Positions 9,496 to 18,904 of a stretch of 64,000 nucleotides of DNA are shown here, in pieces. The number at the start of each line of letters is the position of its first letter. The first letter of the stretch is position 1. A program made the position numbers and the translations under genes. The notes under the pieces are model-generated. The model was not told where the DNA came from. It was given only the letters and a program-made list of their open reading frames with translations, and made no database searches. The DNA is from Thermomicrobiaceae bacterium (lineage in GTDB: Bacteria > Chloroflexota > Chloroflexia > Thermomicrobiales > Thermomicrobiaceae), in contig JADBJL010000026.1 of assembly GCA_014874455.1 (NCBI GenBank), positions 96-64,095 on the forward strand. Reading direction: 5' to 3'.

Positions 9496-10800
9496 TGGCG
9501 TGTGTCTGACTTAATTCAGGCCGGTACATCAAACGACAGTTTGTCACTGTTCGAACTCCGCTCATGTATACCAAGTTGCAACTTCCACTTGTAAGTCCAA
9601 AGTACTCGCTGGCACCGTGAGCGCGCACCAAGCTGCCATGGGCTTCTCTCGAGACGGGTGGGATATAGCAACCATGCATTCTAGCAACGTCAATGTGTCC
9701 ATAAGCGAGGCTAAACAATCATCTCTACTGCTTAGTTGAACTACGATAAGCACTCCATTCGTCGTCAAGTCCCGACCAATCGACGCCAGGGAAACGACTT
9801 TCCAGGTAAATATTACCGTACAGGCCAAGGTACTCAACCCGGCTCATTTCCTCCGGGATTTGACCTCGGTCCATCGCGATGAGGTATCTATCGTAGATTT
9901 CGGTAAGAAATGTCAGGACACTCTTAACTGAGGTCAATGACATCACCTCAAGGCTACCAATCATCAGCGCCTGGTAGAGGACTGAAAACTGCTGGACGTG
10001 ATCCGCTTGACGTAGGCACGCTGAGACGAGGAGCGGGCTGTTCGGTGAGAGCGCTGACCGGAGCAATGAGGAAAGTTCGGAAATACGCTTGGGGACGAAG
10101 ATCGTCTCCACCGGCTGTGCCCCTTCAGGGGCAACCGCAGCCCGGACGAAGCTAGGGAACCACCGAAGTACAACCTCGTCGTCTGGCACACCGGCTTCAA
10201 CAGTATGGAAGAGACTGTACGCCAGGTGGGGGTTGACTAGAGCAAGTTGTTGAGTCCACCGCTCAACGAGCGGCCCCCGACCTGATTCACCAACCTCGCG
10301 AAGTGCTACCTCAACCCAGATTCTCAGCTGCCCTACATCCTTAACGCCATCTGCAACGCTGGCTTTTGCGCAGAACTGAGCAAGGGTGACATCGCTGTCC
10401 CCCTCTCTGTGCCAGCAACCGATAACACTCAGCGAGAGTAAATCTCAGCTCCCACGAGCCGCAGTGCGGGAGATGATAGGGATATAATAGTTCGGCCGTT
10501 GGGAACCGATCAACCCTGTAAGCCGGTCGGATCACCCTCACTCCCAACCTCTCCCCCGCACGCGAAAGAGAGATGTGTCTATGCCGTGGAGCCGCGCGTT
10601 TCTCTCCGGTGACTTTCGACTTAAGCCTAAAGACTCTTGGATGTAGCGCTGCCTTCCACGTCGCTGAGCCCGCAGCTTCAGCCCCGGCATTGGCTTGGGG
10701 CAGCTACACTCCATTCGCGAGCGCGCCACCAACGCCGATCTACCCACTTCGATACCCGATGAACAACACCTGGCTAGGTAGTGACCAGCACTTGGCTACA
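9496..10800. other. AT-richer island (about 50% G+C in sampled lines versus about 70% in flanks) without an intact gene
   Basis: Base composition counted on several lines. It contains only the disrupted ORF below. Confidence 0.6.
9725..10547 (-). pseudogene. Disrupted foreign gene (hypothetical protein, frameshifted or start-less)
   Basis: The frame of the 154-aa ORF 9725..10189 stays open for a further 85 codons (up to the TGA at 10445-10447) with no ATG, GTG or TTG. The neighbouring frame ORF 10341..10547 overlaps this open stretch. Together this is consistent with one about 270-aa gene broken by a frameshift. Confidence 0.4.
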
Positions 10801-11184
10801 AATTGATCATTATCAGAGCTGGTAGCGCTGAGCCGGGTTGGTTAGAGTCTCCATACGTTGCGCATCGCTCCGAACGAGGCGGAACCAAGGCGGCCGCGCG
10901 GGCAGCGCTCCCCCTCTGGCTTCGCCGGGCGCGTGCCGATCGCGCACCCACAGAGGTGGCTTCGGGCTTCCCACGCCCCGGCAGCGACCGAGCACGCCGG
11001 ATCATCGCCTGAAAGCCGGTCGCGCCGGGCTCTGCCCGTGCCGCTTCGCCCGAATCGCTCCATTCAGCGGCAGCCCGTGCCTCGTCTCACGTAACCCGCT
11101 GAGAGGAACCAGCACAACGAGCCGGGCCAGGGCACGGGGCGCGGAGACACAAGACATCCGTGTTTCAGGGAGGGGAGGCATTCC

Positions 11185-13278
11185 GTGGATTCCACGCAAG
11201 GACGATGGCACATCTGGTCGCGTATCAACGAGCTGACCGCTGCCTGGTTGGTGCGAAACGGCCTCCAGCAGGCACGCCGCTTCCGCGAGGTGTTGCTGCT
11301 GGCCGCACTCGCCAGCGCTATCTGGCTCTTGCTCGCCTGGCCAGCGGCGACCGGCGGGCCACAGGAGCTCCACTTCACTGCAGACGCAGACACCTATGTG
11401 GAGGAGCGGTCTCCGGACACCAGCTTCGGAAGCGAGGTCGAGCTGCTTACCGATGGCTCCCCGCGACGGGAAACGTACCTGCGCTTCACCGTCACCGGCA
11501 TCCAGGGGCCGGTCGAGCGGGCGATACTGCGTGTCTACGTCACCGACAGCACGACCAATGGGCCGATCGCCTACGCGGCGGCCAGCAACGACTGGGACGA
11601 GAGGACACTCACCTGGAACAACCGGCCGGGCGTGGTGGGCAGCCTGCTCCACGACCACTGCACGCTGAAGGCGGGCACCTGGGCAGAGTTCGACGTCACT
11701 GCGCTGGTCACAAGCGACGGGACATACAGCATCGCCCTGATCCCGAACTCAGACGACGGCCTCGATGTCTCCTCGCGCGAAGGGCAGTACGCTCCTGAGC
11801 TCGTGGTGGTCGTGGCAGCGCCCGAGGAACCCTCCACTCAGCCGGTAGAGGACACTCAGCCTCCCGACACCGTGATCGATAGCGGACCGCCAGCCTTCAC
11901 CGACAGCCAGGAAGCTCGCTTCAGTTTCCACGCGACCGAGCCCAACAGCGCGTTCCAGTGCCGGCTGGATGGCGACACCTACGCGCCGTGCTCCACCGGC
12001 CAGACCTACACCGGCCTCGTGGAGGGCGAGCACACCTTCGAGGTGCAGGCACTCGATGCCGACGGCACCGCCGACCCAACACCGGCCAGCTACACCTGGG
12101 TAGTCGATCGCACGCCGCCCAGCCCGCCGGCCGACTTGAGCGCAGTCGTCGCCGGCCCGGCCCAGGTCGATCTCACCTGGACGGCGGCCAGCGACAGCAG
12201 CCCGATTATCGGCTACGACCTGTACCGCGACGGCGCACTGCTGGCGAGGCTGGATAACGTGACCAGCTACAGCGATACGACTGTCGCGCAGGGCACCACG
12301 TACGCCTACGAGGTGCGAGCGCGCGACGCCGCTGGTAACCTTTCCGAGCCGAGCGTCACGGCAACGGTAACGACCCCGCCGCCCGCTCCTCCGCCGTCGA
12401 GCAGTGACCCCGTCGTCATCGTGGCTGCTGGCGACATCGCCTGCGACCCGCAATCGGATAGCTGGAACGACAACAACGGCACCAGCTCTGCCTGCCGCCA
12501 CAAGTTCACCTCGGACGTGGCCCTGGCGCAGAGCCCGGACTACGTCCTGGTGCTCGGCGACACACAGTACGAAGACGGAGCGCTCCAGGAGTATCGGGCC
12601 AGCTACGACCCCACCTGGGGCCGTTTGCTCGATCGCACCTATCCCGCTGTCGGCAACCATGAGTACCGTACCGGCGGCGCCGCTGGCTACTTCGCCTACT
12701 TCGGCGATCGCGCCACGCCGTTGGAGCCCAATTGCCGCAAGGACTGCAAGGGGTACTACGCCTGGGCGCTGGACGAACACTGGGTCGCGATCGCCGTCAA
12801 CTCGAACTGCGGCGAGGCTGGCGGCTGCCAGGCCGGTTCGCCGCAATACCAGTTCGTCGCCAGCGTGCTCGAGGCCAATGCCGGGAAACACTTCCTCGTC
12901 TACATGCATCACCCGTATTGGTCGACCGGCAAGTACCACAACTGCTGCAAGGGTGACCTCGCCGACCTGTACATGTTGTTCGAGCGCTACGGGGTGGAGC
13001 TGACACTGTCGGGCCATGACCACAACTACCAGCGGTTCGCGCCGCAGACGGCAAGCTCGGTCTGCTCGGCGGGCGGCATCCGGCACTTCGTGGTCGGCAG
13101 CGGCGGGAAGAACCTGCAGGACACCGACGCGAACAAGGACAAGGAGCCCTGCGACGAGTATCTGAACGAGACAAGTTTCGGTGTCCTGGTACTCCGCCTC
13201 TTCCCCGACCGCTACGAGTGGGCTTTCGTGAGCGAGAGCGGGGCAGTACTCGACCAGGGTTCGGCGCTGGTGAGCTAG
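11185..13278 (+). CDS. Secreted or anchored multidomain protein: DNRLRE (CBM96-like) domain, FN3, calcineurin-like metallophosphoesterase
   Basis: GTG start after GGGAGGGGAGG and an N-terminal hydrophobic helix. DNRLRE-like segment: DADTYVEERSPDTSFG...ETYLRFTV...WDERTLTWNNRPG. FN3-like segment: PSPPADLSAV...VDLTWTAASD. Phosphoesterase motifs: GDIACD, GDTQYEDG, GNHEY, HHPYWS, SGHDHNYQRF. Confidence 0.8.
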   Translation: MDSTQGRWHIWSRINELTAAWLVRNGLQQARRFREVLLLAALASAIWLLLAWPAATGGPQELHFTADADTYVEERSPDTSFGSEVELLTDGSPRRETYLRFTVTGIQGPVERAILRVYVTDSTTNGPIAYAAASNDWDERTLTWNNRPGVVGSLLHDHCTLKAGTWAEFDVTALVTSDGTYSIALIPNSDDGLDVSSREGQYAPELVVVVAAPEEPSTQPVEDTQPPDTVIDSGPPAFTDSQEARFSFHATEPNSAFQCRLDGDTYAPCSTGQTYTGLVEGEHTFEVQALDADGTADPTPASYTWVVDRTPPSPPADLSAVVAGPAQVDLTWTAASDSSPIIGYDLYRDGALLARLDNVTSYSDTTVAQGTTYAYEVRARDAAGNLSEPSVTATVTTPPPAPPPSSSDPVVIVAAGDIACDPQSDSWNDNNGTSSACRHKFTSDVALAQSPDYVLVLGDTQYEDGALQEYRASYDPTWGRLLDRTYPAVGNHEYRTGGAAGYFAYFGDRATPLEPNCRKDCKGYYAWALDEHWVAIAVNSNCGEAGGCQAGSPQYQFVASVLEANAGKHFLVYMHHPYWSTGKYHNCCKGDLADLYMLFERYGVELTLSGHDHNYQRFAPQTASSVCSAGGIRHFVVGSGGKNLQDTDANKDKEPCDEYLNETSFGVLVLRLFPDRYEWAFVSESGAVLDQGSALVS

Positions 13279-13756
13279 CTCACCACTCGGAGCGCTGCCG
13301 ATGATCGGCTGCGTTTCGACGTATGCAGGAGTCGGAGTGTGAAGGCACCCAGAGTAGTGAGGCCATGACCAATAGAGTACGCCGCACCAGCTCATGACTA
13401 TGTTCGCGGTCTGCCCGTTCAGGATCGAGCTGGTGCTCGACGTCATGGGCACGGTCGCCGCTGAGCCGGGGGCCATCGGCTGGCGCGACTCGGCCAGTCA
13501 ATCTCTGTGGCCATCCTCCAGCGGGGCCGTCACACCTTCGCCTCTGCTCGTGCAACCGATGAAGGCTGGGGCGCGTAGGGCAGCGTAAGGACAAGTCCTG
13601 CAGGGAGCCTCGCAACCGAGTCCGGGACTCCGCCACGGCAAGGGCGAGGCGCGGCCCTAGGTAGTCGTCCGCGATGACTCGCTCCCTTGCGCGTGCGCGC
13701 CGGACTGTTACGATGGACGCGCACGGGCGTGTGTAGCCAGCGGAGGGAGGTCGACA

Positions 13757-14629
13757 GTGGGCCGCTGGAAGGACGGCGCCCAATGCGCCGTGATGCTGAC
13801 CTTCGATCTCGACGCGGAGACGCTCTGGCTGGCCGGGTCGCTGGAGAACCTGAACAAGCCAGGCATGCTCTCGCACGGCACCTACGGTGCTCGGGTCGGG
13901 ACACCCTTGATCCTCCAGCTCCTGCGCCAGAACGACATCAAGGCTACGTTCTTCGTCCCGGGGTGGACGGTCGAACAGCACCCGGATGTCATCGAGGCCA
14001 TCCGCGACCAGGGGCACGAGCTCGCGCACCACGGCTACCTGCACGAGCGGCCGACCGAGCTGATCCGTGAACAGGAAGCCGAGGTGCTGGTCAAGGGCAT
14101 CGAGGCGCTGCGGCGGATCACCGGCGAGGCGCCGCGCGGCTACCGCTCGCCGGCCTGGGAGTTCTCGGCGAATACGCTCCAGCTCCTCGAGGAGCACGGC
14201 TTCCGCTACTCCTCGAACCTGATGAGTCACTTCATACCCTGGCAACATCCGGACACCGAGATCATCGAGTTGCCGGTGCAGTGGCTGCTGGACGACGCGC
14301 CGTTCTTCCTCTTCCGCTCCGGCCCCGGCTCGCGGCCGATCCAGCCCGCAGCGGTCGCCTACCAGGCGTGGACGGAGGAGTTCCGCGGCATCTACCACTA
14401 CGGCGGGCTGTTCAATCTCACCATGCACCCGCAGCTTATCGGCCGGCCGGGCCGAGTCCTGATGCTCCAGCAGGTCATCGACTACATCCGGAGCTTCCCC
14501 CACGTCTGGTTCGCGACCGGCAGCGAGGTGGCCGAGTACTGGGCGCAACACGTGCGCGATAACCCGGATGAGTGGCGGCAGGGGAAGATCTATGACCCCG
14601 TCAGCACTCCCCGGCCGTCTGGCCGGTAA
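13757..14629 (+). CDS. Polysaccharide deacetylase family protein (CE4 / PuuE-like)
   Basis: AVMLTFDLDAETLWL, ATFFVPGWTVEQHP and GHELAHHGYLHE motifs. GGAGGGAGG precedes GTG 13757. Confidence 0.85.
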   Translation: MGRWKDGAQCAVMLTFDLDAETLWLAGSLENLNKPGMLSHGTYGARVGTPLILQLLRQNDIKATFFVPGWTVEQHPDVIEAIRDQGHELAHHGYLHERPTELIREQEAEVLVKGIEALRRITGEAPRGYRSPAWEFSANTLQLLEEHGFRYSSNLMSHFIPWQHPDTEIIELPVQWLLDDAPFFLFRSGPGSRPIQPAAVAYQAWTEEFRGIYHYGGLFNLTMHPQLIGRPGRVLMLQQVIDYIRSFPHVWFATGSEVAEYWAQHVRDNPDEWRQGKIYDPVSTPRPSGR

Positions 14630-15347
14630 GCGCGCTGTCGTCACCGGCGCCGGCCGGGGGATCGGCCTGGCGATCGCCACCGCCTTCCTGCAGGAGGGCT
14701 CCCGGGTGCTGGTGAACGATATCCAGGCCGAGCTCCTCGAGCGGGCGCGCTCGTCTCTGCCCGCCGCGACCGGGCACGTCGCCTTTCACCAGGGCGACGT
14801 CTCCGACCCTGGAGCGGTGGCCGGGATGGTAGCGCTGGCCCGCGAAGCCTTCGGCGGCGTGGACGTGCTGGTCAACAACGCGGCCATCGGCGGTACGGGC
14901 AAAACGCTCCTCGAACTCTCGATCGAGGAGTGGGAGCGTTTCCTGCGCGTCGACCTGACCAGCGTCTTCCTCTGCTGCCAGGCTGTGGTGCCGCTGATGA
15001 TCGAGCAGGGGCGGGGCAGCATCATCAACCTGTCCTCGATTACCGGTCTGGCCGGGACGGCCGGCAGCATCCCCTACGCGGCCGCCAAGGCCGGCGTCCT
15101 CGGCCTCACGAAGTCGCTGGCGAAGGAACTTGCGCCCTACCGCATCAACGTGAACGCGATCGCGCCGGGGCTGATCGACACCGAGATGTCGCGGGCGCGC
15201 GGGCAGGAAGAGTCGCGCCGGGCCGTCCTCTGGCCGCGGATCGGGAAGCCGGAGGACGTCGCCTGGCTGGCGGTCTACCTGGCCTCGGACGAGGCGGAGT
15301 TCGTGACCGGCCAGGTGATCAGCCCCAACGGTGGCGCCTGGATGTGA
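14592..15347 (+). CDS. SDR family oxidoreductase (FabG-like)
   Basis: TGAGRGIG Rossmann motif, NNAA, and YAAAKAG catalytic Tyr/Lys. ATG 14592 overlaps the end of the previous gene. Confidence 0.9.
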   Translation: MTPSALPGRLAGKRAVVTGAGRGIGLAIATAFLQEGSRVLVNDIQAELLERARSSLPAATGHVAFHQGDVSDPGAVAGMVALAREAFGGVDVLVNNAAIGGTGKTLLELSIEEWERFLRVDLTSVFLCCQAVVPLMIEQGRGSIINLSSITGLAGTAGSIPYAAAKAGVLGLTKSLAKELAPYRINVNAIAPGLIDTEMSRARGQEESRRAVLWPRIGKPEDVAWLAVYLASDEAEFVTGQVISPNGGAWM

Positions 15348-15547
15348 GGAACGACATAGCAGCACACCTCGGGGCACAGGTACAGGAAGACGTTGAGCAG
15401 CTATCTACTCAACTGGGCCAATCCTAGCTAGCAGCTCATGCCTTTCGAAATCTCGGACGCGACTTCACTGCGTCGTAACTTCTGAGACCACGTGTAGGGC
15501 CGCTGGCCACACAACCCTCAACCCGTATATATGACAGAGCTAGAGTC

Positions 15548-15553
15548 TATAAT
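15548..15553 (+). promoter_or_regulatory. Candidate -10 hexamer TATAAT upstream of the island genes
   Basis: Perfect TATAAT at 15548-15553, about 40 nt before the uORF GTG. No convincing -35 element. Confidence 0.25.
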
Positions 15554-15590
15554 ATGATTGAGGTGTGTGAACGAAAGGAGAGTAGAGTAG

Positions 15591-15656
15591 GTGAAGTCCG
15601 GCACAGGTAAAACTCCTATAGCGCTCTCCAATACATTGTATAACCAGAGGAGGTAG
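15591..15656 (+). CDS. Candidate 21-codon upstream ORF (MKSGTGKTPIALSNTLYNQRR)
   Basis: GTG 15591 follows AAAGGAGAG with 8-nt spacing. Its TAG (15654-15656) ends 1 nt before ATG 15658, and its last codons form the GAGGAGG ribosome-binding site of the next gene. Too short for the ORF track. Confidence 0.3.
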   Translation: MKSGTGKTPIALSNTLYNQRR

Positions 15657-15657
15657 T

Positions 15658-16155
15658 ATGGAGTTATTAGATGTACTTTTCACTATCTTAGGAGGCATTG
15701 TAGCTTCTTCTACCGGGGCAGCAGTACAGTTGTGGATTCATAGACGTGCAGGGCTCCGGAGGAGAAAAGACAGCACAATTGATCAGTATAGTATAGTCTA
15801 TACCACTGCTGCACTCATGCGAGAATATGTGGGACCACACGCATGGGGGTTGGGATATCCTGATGAGTGGAATCAACAGCTTTCGAAGGCATATGTTGCA
15901 CTTTGGAGAGCCAGAGCAGAAGCACCAACTAAGGAACTTCGCCGATCGGCTGAGGAGATAGAGAATCTCTTTGACGAGATGCGCCAGGCGTTTTATGCTT
16001 GGAAATTGCGCGTACTGAGCATCAACACGAACCCACAAAGACCTATACCAGCGCACGTACTTCAGGGATTGCAAGACATTCAGAAAATGATTGATCAATT
16101 ATGGGAGAAACTTCTTGAGTCAATGAAGAAGCATATTGATTCAATTCCTTCGTGA
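15658..16155 (+). CDS. Hypothetical protein with an N-terminal TM helix and a helical cytoplasmic domain (low-GC island gene)
   Basis: ATG preceded by GAGGAGG. TM segment LLDVLFTILGGIVASSTGAAVQLWI; the rest is charged and helical. AT-rich codon usage unlike the neighbours. No family recognised. Confidence 0.6.
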   Translation: MELLDVLFTILGGIVASSTGAAVQLWIHRRAGLRRRKDSTIDQYSIVYTTAALMREYVGPHAWGLGYPDEWNQQLSKAYVALWRARAEAPTKELRRSAEEIENLFDEMRQAFYAWKLRVLSINTNPQRPIPAHVLQGLQDIQKMIDQLWEKLLESMKKHIDSIPS

Positions 16156-16174
16156 TTGTATACAGGTTTACGTC

Positions 16175-16537
16175 ATGTGCTCCCCTTTCAGTAGAATCCG
16201 AGTTACCCTTGGCGGGCATTTTCATCGGCAATTGCACAGTTTGATCGCGCATCTGGAGGCGAGAGTGGATCACGCGTACTTGCAGGCTAGCTTTCTGCGG
16301 GGTGAGCTCGTTGCCTTCCTCGGAAAGGGCGAGCTGCTCGATCCCGCTCGCGCTGAAGCGGTTGCTCACGCCCTCGTCGATATCGCCGAGGCGTTGTCCG
16401 AGATCTACGGCGAGATCGTCCCCCGCCTCCTCGAGGCACACGACCTAGAGGCGTTTCGCGATGCCCTGCTCGACCTGAGCGAGGCGTTCCGCCACATCGA
16501 CTACCACATCCACGACGCCGGCCTTACCGACCTGTAG
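16175..16537 (+). CDS. Hypothetical helical protein
   Basis: ORF directly after 15658..16155. Acidic Leu/Ala-rich sequence ending HIDYHIHDAGLTDL. The start is uncertain (ATG 16175 has no clear ribosome-binding site). Composition changes from AT-rich to GC-rich inside the ORF. Confidence 0.4.
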   Translation: MCSPFSRIRVTLGGHFHRQLHSLIAHLEARVDHAYLQASFLRGELVAFLGKGELLDPARAEAVAHALVDIAEALSEIYGEIVPRLLEAHDLEAFRDALLDLSEAFRHIDYHIHDAGLTDL

Positions 16538-16628
16538 CGAGGGAGTAACCCCGAACGGAACCAGCCGACGCCCGAGAGCGCGAGCTCGCCAGGGTACTGT
16601 CCTCCAGTTCCGGCACGGGATCTATAGG

Positions 16629-18062
16629 ATGACAGTGCGAGCGATTGCGCCGCGCGTGCTGTGCGGCGACAATGCCGCTATGACGGAAGAGCCTGAACTG
16701 CTGCTCGCTCAGGTCTGGAACGCCCAGTGGCTCGTTCCCGAGCTGCGGACGAGCGAGGGGCACAGGCTGCGCGTGGTCTACCGAGGGGTCTGGACGCACG
16801 CCGACGGCCCCGACTTCACCGGCGCGCTGCTCGAGCTCGACGGCCGGCTGGTTAGCGGCGACGTCGAGCTGCACCGGCGCGCCTCGGACTGGCTCGCCCA
16901 CGGCCACCACCTCGATCCGACCTACGAGCGGGTGGTGCTGCACGTGGTTCTCGACGATGACTTGCCTGAGCCTGTCCGGCGCCGCAGCGGCGAGCGCGTG
17001 CCCACGCTCGTCCTCGCCACCTGCCTGCCCGGCCCGCTGGCCAGCTTCCCGGCGCTGCCCGGCCTGCGCCCGCTCGGCGCGATCGGATTCGACTACTGCG
17101 CGCCGCAGGTGGCAGCCACAGCTCCAGACCGGATCATCCGGGTCTGGGAAGCGACCGGCGACGCGCGCCTGGCGGACAAGGTCGCGCGGATCGCCGCCCG
17201 GCTTTCGCTGGAGCCACCAGCCCAGACGCTCTACTGGCTGCTGCTCGATGCCCTCGGCTATAGCCGCAACCGCGATGGCATGCGGGCCGTCGCCGAGCGC
17301 GTGCCCTATGACCACCTGGACAGCCGTCTAGCCGGCCACTCGATGGACGAGCGCCGGCAACGAGCGGCCGCGCTCCTGCTCGGCGTCGCCGGGTTTCTCC
17401 CGCTGTCGCCGGCCGACGAGGAGCTGGCGGGGTTGAGCCCGCGCGAGGCGCGGGCGGTCGAGCAGGCCTGGCAGGCACACGGCGGGGCCTGGCGAGGCCT
17501 GGAGCTGCCACCGACCGCCTGGCGACTACACCGCCAGCGGCCAGCCAACCACCCGCTGCGCCGGCTGCTGGCCCTGGCCTGGCTGCTCGCCAGGGACAAC
17601 CAGGGACTGCTCCCTGCGCTCCTGGGCCGCCTGACCCAGCCCGACGCAGCGCGGGCCCTCCAGAACTGGCTGGCTCGCGATAACCCCTACCTCGGCGAAG
17701 GCCGCACGCACGAGATCGTGGTCAACGTGGTGGTGCCGTTCGCGCTGGCTTACGGCGAGGCCGTGGGACAGGAGGAGCTGGTCTCCGCAGCCAGCGAGCT
17801 CTGGGCCGAGCTCCCGGCCGGGCACGGCAACGCGGTCGTGCGCCGGACGGCCGAGCAGATCTGCGGCCCCCACCGGCTCCGCGTGCCGACAGCCCGGGCC
17901 GAGCAGGGCTTGCTCCAGCTCTACCACACCGGGTGCCGCCAGCTTCGCTGCTACGAGTGCCCGATCGCCCACCTGGCGCTCGCCTGGGGGCGAGGGAGCG
18001 CCGAGGGAGTTGGATCCCACGAAGCAGGCCTAGCGGAGCCGGCCGGCCCGCCGGAAGCCTAG
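16629..18062 (+). CDS. DUF2851 family protein
   Basis: The N-terminal pattern LLAQVWNAQW...GHRLRVVYRGVWTHADGPDFTGALLELDGRLVSGDVELHRRASDWLAHGHH...YERVVLHVVLDDD matches the DUF2851 signature from memory. C-terminal CRQLRCYECP. Alternative start at ATG 16680. Confidence 0.7.
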   Translation: MTVRAIAPRVLCGDNAAMTEEPELLLAQVWNAQWLVPELRTSEGHRLRVVYRGVWTHADGPDFTGALLELDGRLVSGDVELHRRASDWLAHGHHLDPTYERVVLHVVLDDDLPEPVRRRSGERVPTLVLATCLPGPLASFPALPGLRPLGAIGFDYCAPQVAATAPDRIIRVWEATGDARLADKVARIAARLSLEPPAQTLYWLLLDALGYSRNRDGMRAVAERVPYDHLDSRLAGHSMDERRQRAAALLLGVAGFLPLSPADEELAGLSPREARAVEQAWQAHGGAWRGLELPPTAWRLHRQRPANHPLRRLLALAWLLARDNQGLLPALLGRLTQPDAARALQNWLARDNPYLGEGRTHEIVVNVVVPFALAYGEAVGQEELVSAASELWAELPAGHGNAVVRRTAEQICGPHRLRVPTARAEQGLLQLYHTGCRQLRCYECPIAHLALAWGRGSAEGVGSHEAGLAEPAGPPEA

Positions 18063-18162
18063 CAGTCGTGAGCGGCGTTGCGCGTCTGCCTCGCTACCTG
18101 GCCAGTAGACTCGCTGCACCGTCCATGGAGATCGGTAGACACCCTCGTCTGGAATGAACCGG

Positions 18163-18723
18163 TCAGCCGAGGAGGTCGGCGACGGCGAGCGCGCGGTCGG
18201 GGAAGGCAGCCGGAGCGATCGAATCGCCGCGGTGCAGCACGTGGGCCGTACGATAGCCATCGGGAGCCGGGTCGCGATAGACGGTCAGCGTCTCCTGCTG
18301 GAGGTCGATGAGCCAGACCTCGGGGATGCCGTTCCGGGCGTAGAGCGGGACCCTCACCCGCCGGTCGAGCTCGGCCGAGGTGTCGGCAACCTCGACGAGC
18401 AGGAAGACGTCGGGCGGAGCCGGATGGCCGGAGGCATAGAAGTCAGCGCGGCGACGCAGGAGCGCTAGATCGGGCTGGAGCTCGTTGAGCTCATCGAGGC
18501 GAACGGGATTCTGAACTCGCACGATGGCGACGTCGCTGAACCGCTGGACGAACCCCTCAGTCAGTCGATCCACACTGGCAGCGTGACGGTCCCCGATGGG
18601 CGGCATTTCGACGATCTCGCCCTCGATGAGTTCGACACGGTCGTCCTCGCCCAGGATGCCTGCCTGAGCCATCTGGTGGTACTCGGCTACAGTGAACCGC
18701 CGTCGCGGCAAGTGCAGTGCCAT
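18163..18723 (-). CDS. Uma2 family (DUF820) PD-(D/E)xK endonuclease
   Basis: FTVAEYHQMAQAGILGEDDRVELIEGEIVEMPPIGDRHA, PDLALL and EVWLIDL are hallmarks of the family. Confidence 0.85.
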   Translation of the reverse strand: MALHLPRRRFTVAEYHQMAQAGILGEDDRVELIEGEIVEMPPIGDRHAASVDRLTEGFVQRFSDVAIVRVQNPVRLDELNELQPDLALLRRRADFYASGHPAPPDVFLLVEVADTSAELDRRVRVPLYARNGIPEVWLIDLQQETLTVYRDPAPDGYRTAHVLHRGDSIAPAAFPDRALAVADLLG

Positions 18724-18904
18724 TGCAGGCCTCCCGCACCAGTATAGCCCATGTGCTGGGCCATCCTTGCTATCCGGCGGCGCGCGGCGAACGCTCTGCG
18801 CGCTGGTGGTACTGATGCTGTCCAGCCAGGCGCATACTCACCAGGCGGCCGCAGGGTTCGGACGACGCGTCGAACCAGGCCGTGGCGATCGTTAAGGAGG
18901 AAGG

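Larger units (their letters stand above)
15400..16250. other. AT-rich island (about 42% G+C on a counted line versus 70% in the flank)
   Basis: Composition shifts directly after the SDR stop and returns to high GC inside ORF 16175..16537. Confidence 0.65.

Noticed and set aside
11749-13476. 575-aa minus-strand ORF
   Set aside because: Antisense to the motif-rich metallophosphoesterase gene. Composition is dominated by Ala/Arg/Gly/Val with no recognisable domain.
13280-14680. 466-aa minus-strand ORF
   Set aside because: Antisense to the polysaccharide deacetylase, which has clear CE4 motifs. Shadow ORF.
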